Shown one piece after another: positions 63,101 to 64,000 of a DNA stretch of 64,000 bases. This DNA is from Phoronis australis (Eukaryota > Animalia > Phoronida), in contig NMRA01000354.1 of the NCBI GenBank assembly GCA_002633005.1, positions 124,001-188,000 of the forward strand, in the 5' to 3' direction. The notes under the pieces are model-generated. The model had not been told where the DNA came from. It worked only from the letters and a program-made list of their open reading frames with translations, and did not search any database. A program made the translations under genes and the position numbers. Position 1 is the first letter of the stretch. Each line of letters starts with the position of its first letter.

Positions 63101-63817
63101 GTGTTCCTTGACATCATGGCATTATCATTGTGTTTCTGTCCTGCCCGTTGGTGTTTGACCTAATCCACTTCTAGAACTTTCAGTGTTCAAAACGCATCTC
63201 AAATATTTGAATATTAACTAAAGTAAAATAACTAATAGGCAGGTGGTCTGGTATTCTCTGCGGTGTACCAGGCATGCTTAGGCCACACAGTTGGGTCCAT
63301 CGTGCTGATCAATGAATAGGCAAGACCACGTAAATATAAAATTGGTCACATCTTGTACCTTTCCCAGACAGGAAGTGATTACTGGGCTCGCGGTGAGCTA
63401 CTAATTTATTGTCGCTGAGCACTGAGCTTGTAAGCCTGTCTTGTCTTTTTTACCTCGTGTTTCTTCGCTCCTTTCAGACTGGCTTACTTTGAACGTCAGT
63501 ACAAGTTTTACAACTTTGAACAGTTACAAGTGGAACTAACTAGCCATTATGCTAGTCAGGTAAGATTCTCACTTACTGTACAATACTGATGGTGGATAAT
63601 TTGATTGAGCAACTTTTACGTATCAAGGACTTCTGCATTTTTCATCATACAAGCATCTTGCATAGCTTACCTGCTATTTCAAATCTTCATCTCCTATCTG
63701 CAGGCCATTAAACAGATGTACGCCATGGTGCTAGGCTTGGACGTGTTAGGAAATCCGTTTGGACTTATCCGCGGCATTGGCGAAGGAGTTGAAGCTCTCT
63801 TCTATGAGCCATATCAG
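1791..63817 (+). CDS. VPS13: VPS13A/C-family intermembrane lipid transfer protein, internal part (51 exons, about 2174 aa; start and stop outside window)
   Basis: The AG/GT-bounded exons join into one open frame with consistent phases (sum 6524 nt). Hallmark VPS13A/C motifs: [112 protein letters not shown]. Confidence 0.97.
2332..2470 (+). CDS. VPS13: VPS13 exon 2
   Basis: tttcag|..|gtgagt; [23 protein letters not shown]; phase 2-0. Confidence 0.93.
2510..2682. repeat. Minisatellite, 20-bp unit x about 8.6
   Basis: tcaagctgaaat(t/g)cttaact tandem copies. Confidence 0.97.
3117..3203 (+). CDS. VPS13: VPS13 exon 3
   Basis: ctttag|..|gtgagt; [29 protein letters not shown]; phase 0-0. Confidence 0.82.
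3261..3484. repeat. Minisatellite, 28-bp unit x8
   Basis: atgatattgatactagattagccttgag tandem copies. Confidence 0.97.
4456..4557 (+). CDS. VPS13: VPS13 exon 4
   Basis: tttaag|..|gtaagg; [34 protein letters not shown]; 5' boundary less certain. Confidence 0.82.
4933..5089 (+). CDS. VPS13: VPS13 exon 5
   Basis: cgtcag|..|gtatgt; [47 protein letters not shown]; phase 0-1. Confidence 0.92.
5643..6875. mobile_element. MITE (TIR gttaccaaggat...) interrupted by inserted sequence
   Basis: gttaccaaggatcagatttcttaaataac (5643) is an inverted match to gttatttaagaaattcaatccttggtaac (ends 6875). A short relative lies at 45178-45367. Confidence 0.6.
6470..6730. mobile_element. Degenerate copy of the 8489-8895 MITE family
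   Basis: Shares ctcgaaat..caagtttttactggagtttgtagc..gaat and gcacaaaagtag with 8685-8850. Confidence 0.6.
7498..7533 (+). CDS. Candidate 36-nt VPS13 cassette microexon ([12 protein letters not shown])
   Basis: Branch-like gctaat, acceptor aatttag|, donor AAG|gtaact; symmetric phase 1-1 inside a phase-1 intron; no stop codon. Confidence 0.55.
8489..8895. mobile_element. MITE, about 407 bp, TIR cagggcccggt(c/t)tc(c/t)aatct
   Basis: cagggcccggtctccaatct ... agattagaaaccgggccctg; related copies at about 6470-6730 and, inverted, 43140-43470. Confidence 0.75.
9822..9904 (+). CDS. VPS13: VPS13 exon 6
   Basis: ttacag|..|gtaagt; [27 protein letters not shown]; phase 1-0. Confidence 0.9.
10750..10996 (+). 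CDS. VPS13: VPS13 exon 7
   Basis: atctag|..|gtagct; [41 protein letters not shown]; phase 0-1. Confidence 0.92.
11292..12402 (+). mobile_element. Pearl/DINE-1-like Helentron-associated interspersed element (HINE), copy 1
   Basis: 5' subTIR and hairpin atgcgcccacatatttatatgtggacgcat; (CCGT)n microsatellite; about 150-bp core repeats with ctagtggc(a/c)atttt; 3' subTIR gtgggcgcat and hairpin caacgctccgcgttg; T-rich ends; near-identical to 47916-49012. Confidence 0.88.
13087..13203 (+). CDS. VPS13: VPS13 exon 8
   Basis: ttacag|..|gtttgt; [38 protein letters not shown]; phase 1-1. Confidence 0.9.
13542..13645 (+). CDS. VPS13: VPS13 exon 9
   Basis: tttcag|..|gttagc; [35 protein letters not shown]; phase 1-0. 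Confidence 0.92.
14292..14491. repeat. Minisatellite, 40-bp unit x5
   Basis: tttctgtgcaccatgacattctgccttagacattatcaaa tandem copies with variants. Confidence 0.95.
14608..14778 (+). CDS. VPS13: VPS13 exon 10
   Basis: ttgcag|..|gtaggt; [35 protein letters not shown]. Confidence 0.93.
16292..16581. mobile_element. Degenerate inverted-repeat element (old MITE)
   Basis: gattctgtggccgcgcttttaaattc is an imperfect inverted match to gagtttagagccgcagccatggaatc; inner arms cttaaacccc / ggggtttagg. Confidence 0.45.
17241..17810 (+). mobile_element. Old, diverged HINE/pearl-like relic
   Basis: ttatgtgcccac start; ccatggttgtatct..ggatctttgttaaattt and ttttcggatggactcaa..cacttagtggactttt resemble the core of 11292-12402. 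Confidence 0.55.
18222..18529 (+). CDS. VPS13: VPS13 exon 11
   Basis: cttcag|..|gtgaga; [47 protein letters not shown]; phase 0-2. Confidence 0.95.
18881..19040 (+). CDS. VPS13: VPS13 exon 12
   Basis: ttttag|..|gtaagt; [31 protein letters not shown]; phase 2-0. Confidence 0.94.
20129..20255 (+). CDS. VPS13: VPS13 exon 13
   Basis: tttcag|..|gtagaa; [22 protein letters not shown]; phase 0-1. Confidence 0.9.
20822..20943 (+). CDS. VPS13: VPS13 exon 14
   Basis: ttgcag|..|gtaacc; [25 protein letters not shown]; phase 1-0. Confidence 0.9.
21113..21170. repeat. (CA)n microsatellite
   Basis: acacacac run with interruptions. Confidence 0.97.
21379..21950. mobile_element. PIF/Harbinger (Tourist-like) MITE
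   Basis: About 43-bp TIRs gggctgttccagcaaaatctgtgtgggagggg.. / ..cccctcccatacagattttactggaacagccc, with TAA on both sides (3-bp TSD). Confidence 0.85.
22520..22689 (+). CDS. VPS13: VPS13 exon 15
   Basis: tcctag|..|gtattt; [21 protein letters not shown]; phase 0-2. Confidence 0.93.
24159..24253 (+). CDS. VPS13: VPS13 exon 16
   Basis: ttgtag|..|gttggt; [31 protein letters not shown]; phase 2-1. Confidence 0.88.
24789..24923 (+). CDS. VPS13: VPS13 exon 17
   Basis: tgacag|..|gtaggc; [24 protein letters not shown]; phase 1-1. Confidence 0.92.
25517..25638 (+). CDS. VPS13: VPS13 exon 18
   Basis: ttctag|..|gtgagt; [27 protein letters not shown]; phase 1-0. Confidence 0.92.
25748..26050 (-). pseudogene. 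Decayed non-LTR retrotransposon (CR1/L2/Jockey-group) ORF2 fragment just upstream of the RT core
   Basis: Minus strand reads [27 protein letters not shown], then after a frameshift [30 protein letters not shown]. This resembles the LINE consensus LNxxFxSVFT..KAxGPDxIP..LAPxLTxIFNxSLxxGxVPxDWKxAxVxP. Confidence 0.8.
26558..26680 (+). CDS. VPS13: VPS13 exon 19 (GC donor)
   Basis: ttgcag|..CAG|gcaagg; [41 protein letters not shown]. Confidence 0.88.
27138..27290 (+). CDS. VPS13: VPS13 exon 20
   Basis: tttcag|..|gtatgt; [23 protein letters not shown]. Confidence 0.93.
27976..28066 (+). CDS. VPS13: VPS13 exon 21
   Basis: ttatag|..|gtcagt; [20 protein letters not shown]; phase 0-1. Confidence 0.92.
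28344..28420 (+). CDS. VPS13: VPS13 exon 22
   Basis: ttctag|..|gtgtgt; [25 protein letters not shown]; phase 1-0. Confidence 0.88.
28853..28972 (+). CDS. VPS13: VPS13 exon 23
   Basis: ttgtag|..|gtaagc; [27 protein letters not shown]. Confidence 0.94.
30040..30260. repeat. Degenerate dispersed repeat, related to 35100-35290
   Basis: cccaattcgaaattcagctcgcacac..gggtgatgtgactcggctc versus ccaattccaaaattgagcttgcacac..gggtgatgtggatcggctc. Confidence 0.55.
30575..30700 (+). CDS. VPS13: VPS13 exon 24
   Basis: ttgcag|..|gtaagt; [19 protein letters not shown]. Confidence 0.96.
30843..31020. repeat. Diverged tandem duplication, about 100-bp unit x2
   Basis: cttgcgagtgtcttgtg..tgtttgagtg..catgctggtga..ctgttct occurs twice. 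Confidence 0.8.
31912..32073 (+). CDS. VPS13: VPS13 exon 25
   Basis: ctacag|..|gtgagg; [30 protein letters not shown]. Confidence 0.94.
32645..32767 (+). CDS. VPS13: VPS13 exon 26
   Basis: ttgtag|..|gtgagt; [18 protein letters not shown] (start of VAB region). Confidence 0.93.
33036..33194 (+). CDS. VPS13: VPS13 exon 27
   Basis: ttctag|..|gttcgt; phase 0-0, open frame. Confidence 0.87.
34201..34338 (+). CDS. VPS13: VPS13 exon 28
   Basis: tttcag|..|gtgagt; [13 protein letters not shown]. Confidence 0.93.
34788..34945 (+). CDS. VPS13: VPS13 exon 29
   Basis: gttaag|..|gtaagt; [25 protein letters not shown]; phase 0-2. Confidence 0.92.
35100..35290. repeat. Degenerate dispersed repeat, related to 30040-30260
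   Basis: Shared motifs as listed for 30040-30260. Confidence 0.55.
36030..36138 (+). CDS. VPS13: VPS13 exon 30
   Basis: ttccag|..|gtgagt; [19 protein letters not shown]; phase 2-0. Confidence 0.92.
36790..36921 (+). CDS. VPS13: VPS13 exon 31
   Basis: tttcag|..|gtattt; [24 protein letters not shown]. Confidence 0.94.
37452..37538 (+). CDS. VPS13: VPS13 exon 32
   Basis: tcacag|..|gtacgt; [29 protein letters not shown]. Confidence 0.88.
40920..41015 (+). promoter_or_regulatory. Candidate Pol II core promoter of nested gene (CCAAT x2, TATA, Inr)
   Basis: CCAAT(CAG) at 40920 and 40944, TATATAG at 40980, TCAGTG initiator-like at 41010 (A at 41012, 32 nt after TATA start). Confidence 0.6.
41049..41531 (+). 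CDS. Intronless nested gene candidate, 160 aa: SH3/Tudor-like barrel plus RVxF (KRVRF) motif and basic tail
   Basis: ATG-initiated ORF in good context (ggcATGg), GC-richer than its AT-rich flanks, with upstream promoter motifs and a downstream AATAAA; not part of the VPS13 exon chain. Confidence 0.65.
   Translation: MENLRRAVVELFSRKNYQSESEHRTMMEDNRTSCLKHSTSAFQPGQRIEIVDHTPKALCTGTILWTDGQDHYIVELPDGTKVQTSRSYLREVKRVRFADIPKSRNSSEGPVKASATDRHFIKSDKRENVIYINRQLRRSLPPRQYVIWHGKRYGTIPKKT
41813..41860 (+). terminator. Candidate polyadenylation signal of nested gene
   Basis: AATAAA at 41813-41818 followed about 22 nt later by GT-rich gttttgttattggttgt. Confidence 0.5.
43140..43470. mobile_element. Degenerate inverted copy of the 8489-8895 MITE family
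   Basis: ctcgagtgtagaataatagacacttcccttgagttcgcacaaaagcag closely matches the reverse complement of 8552-8601; begins cagggccgg. Confidence 0.65.
43576..43695 (+). CDS. VPS13: VPS13 exon 33
   Basis: ttgaag|..|gtacgt; [24 protein letters not shown]. Confidence 0.9.
44583..44684 (+). CDS. VPS13: VPS13 exon 34
   Basis: ttacag|..|gtttgt; [20 protein letters not shown]. Confidence 0.96.
45178..45367. mobile_element. Short MITE (TIR tttgttaccaaggat / atccttggtaacgaa)
   Basis: Terminal inverted repeats; same termini as 5643-6875. Confidence 0.6.
46490..46546 (+). CDS. Candidate 57-nt VPS13 cassette exon ([19 protein letters not shown])
   Basis: cttcag| acceptor, ATG|gtttgt donor; symmetric phase 0-0 in a phase-0 intron; coding-like acidic sequence. 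Confidence 0.55.
47204..47299 (+). CDS. VPS13: VPS13 exon 35
   Basis: tttcag|..|gtagga; [23 protein letters not shown]. Confidence 0.93.
47756..47860 (+). CDS. VPS13: VPS13 exon 36
   Basis: ttgcag|..|gtaaac; [21 protein letters not shown]. Confidence 0.96.
47916..49012 (+). mobile_element. Pearl/DINE-1-like HINE, copy 2
   Basis: Same subTIRs, hairpins and core repeats as 11292-12402; shorter (CCGT)n tract. Confidence 0.88.
49496..49582 (+). CDS. VPS13: VPS13 exon 37
   Basis: ttgcag|..|gtaagt; [29 protein letters not shown]. Confidence 0.95.
50577..50642 (+). CDS. VPS13: VPS13 exon 38
   Basis: ttgcag|..|gtaggg; [22 protein letters not shown]. Confidence 0.88.
51331..51462 (+). CDS. VPS13: VPS13 exon 39
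   Basis: ttccag|..|gtaaga; [16 protein letters not shown]. Confidence 0.94.
52282..52412 (+). CDS. VPS13: VPS13 exon 40
   Basis: tttcag|..|gtatgg; [22 protein letters not shown]; phase 0-2. Confidence 0.93.
54428..54679 (+). CDS. Candidate 252-nt VPS13 cassette exon (polybasic plus acidic LIR-like insert)
   Basis: ccttcccgtgctgccag| acceptor, AAG|gtgccc donor; 84 codons, symmetric phase 2-2 matching the phase-2 intron; purine-rich coding-like composition. Confidence 0.7.
56060..56192 (+). CDS. VPS13: VPS13 exon 41
   Basis: tttcag|..|gtatgt; [25 protein letters not shown]; phase 2-0. Confidence 0.93.
56228..56333. repeat. 32-bp tandem duplication followed by (GT)n microsatellite
   Basis: agggtcaagtcagaggttacaggtcacattaa x2; gtgtgt run 56309-56333. 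Confidence 0.9.
56579..56701 (+). CDS. VPS13: VPS13 exon 42
   Basis: gtgtag|..|gtttgt; [19 protein letters not shown]. Confidence 0.96.
57183..57295 (+). CDS. VPS13: VPS13 exon 43
   Basis: ttgcag|..|gtaagt; [26 protein letters not shown]; phase 0-2. Confidence 0.95.
58099..58255 (+). CDS. VPS13: VPS13 exon 44 (WWE-like region)
   Basis: catcag|..|gtatgt; [23 protein letters not shown]; phase 2-0. Confidence 0.94.
59522..59656 (+). CDS. VPS13: VPS13 exon 45
   Basis: caccag|..|gtatga; [30 protein letters not shown]. Confidence 0.95.
60818..60899 (+). CDS. VPS13: VPS13 exon 46
   Basis: ttctag|..|gtaaga; [27 protein letters not shown]; phase 0-1. Confidence 0.95.
61234..61409 (+). CDS. VPS13: VPS13 exon 47
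   Basis: tgttag|..|gtgagg; [30 protein letters not shown]; phase 1-0. Confidence 0.95.
61732..62313. mobile_element. Foldback/palindromic MITE, 582 bp, 4-bp TSD (ACAA)
   Basis: aagtcgatcttatttaaatagggaaaatctcattt.. is mirrored by ..aaatgagattttccctatttaaataagatcgactt; complementarity continues inward; acaa at 61728-61731 and 62314-62317. Confidence 0.88.
62391..62516 (+). CDS. VPS13: VPS13 exon 48
   Basis: tcctag|..|gtttgt; [12 protein letters not shown]. Confidence 0.95.
62842..62966 (+). CDS. VPS13: VPS13 exon 49
   Basis: gttaag|..|gtatgt; [24 protein letters not shown]; phase 0-2. Confidence 0.95.
63478..63559 (+). CDS. VPS13: VPS13 exon 50
   Basis: tttcag|..|gtaaga; [16 protein letters not shown]; phase 2-0. 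Confidence 0.95.
63704..63817 (+). CDS. VPS13: VPS13 exon 51
   Basis: ctgcag|..|gttagt; [38 protein letters not shown]. Confidence 0.97.
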
Positions 63818-64000
63818 GTTAGTATTCCTGGCAGTCCTATTGGACGTTGATAGGAACAACGTAGACAAGGACCTCATGAAGTGCTGGTTCCTATTTGTCT
63901 GTTCACCTCCTTGTTGTAGTGTATTTATTTAACATTTTCACTACGAATTTTGTTGTCTGAGGCCACTTAAATGGTCTAGTGTGCTACAAAATAGTAACGG

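Overview
This is AT-rich animal genomic DNA, most likely an invertebrate lophotrochozoan or mollusc judging by its pearl/HINE-type repeats (inference). There is an N gap at 526-888. Almost the whole window lies inside one + strand gene, a VPS13A/C-type bridge-like lipid-transfer protein; both gene ends lie outside the window. I traced 51 phase-consistent exons (1791-63817, 6524 nt, about 2174 codons). They run from the RBG channel repeats through the VAB/SHR-BD repeats and the WWE-like region to the start of the ATG2_C/VPS13_C region, and include one GC-AG intron. Exon numbers below count within this window only. The introns hold two young and one old pearl/HINE elements, several MITEs, a 582-bp foldback element, a LINE reverse transcriptase relic and minisatellites. 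The most notable item is an intronless same-strand nested gene candidate in the longest intron (ORF 41049-41531). It has its own CCAAT-CCAAT-TATA-Inr promoter and AATAAA signal, and encodes an SH3/Tudor-like barrel followed by a PP1-docking KRVRF motif. Also notable are three frame-preserving candidate cassette exons, one adding a polybasic tract and a LIR-like FEMV motif to VPS13, and the absence of a FFAT motif where vertebrate VPS13A has one. All homology calls come from recalled motifs, not database searches.
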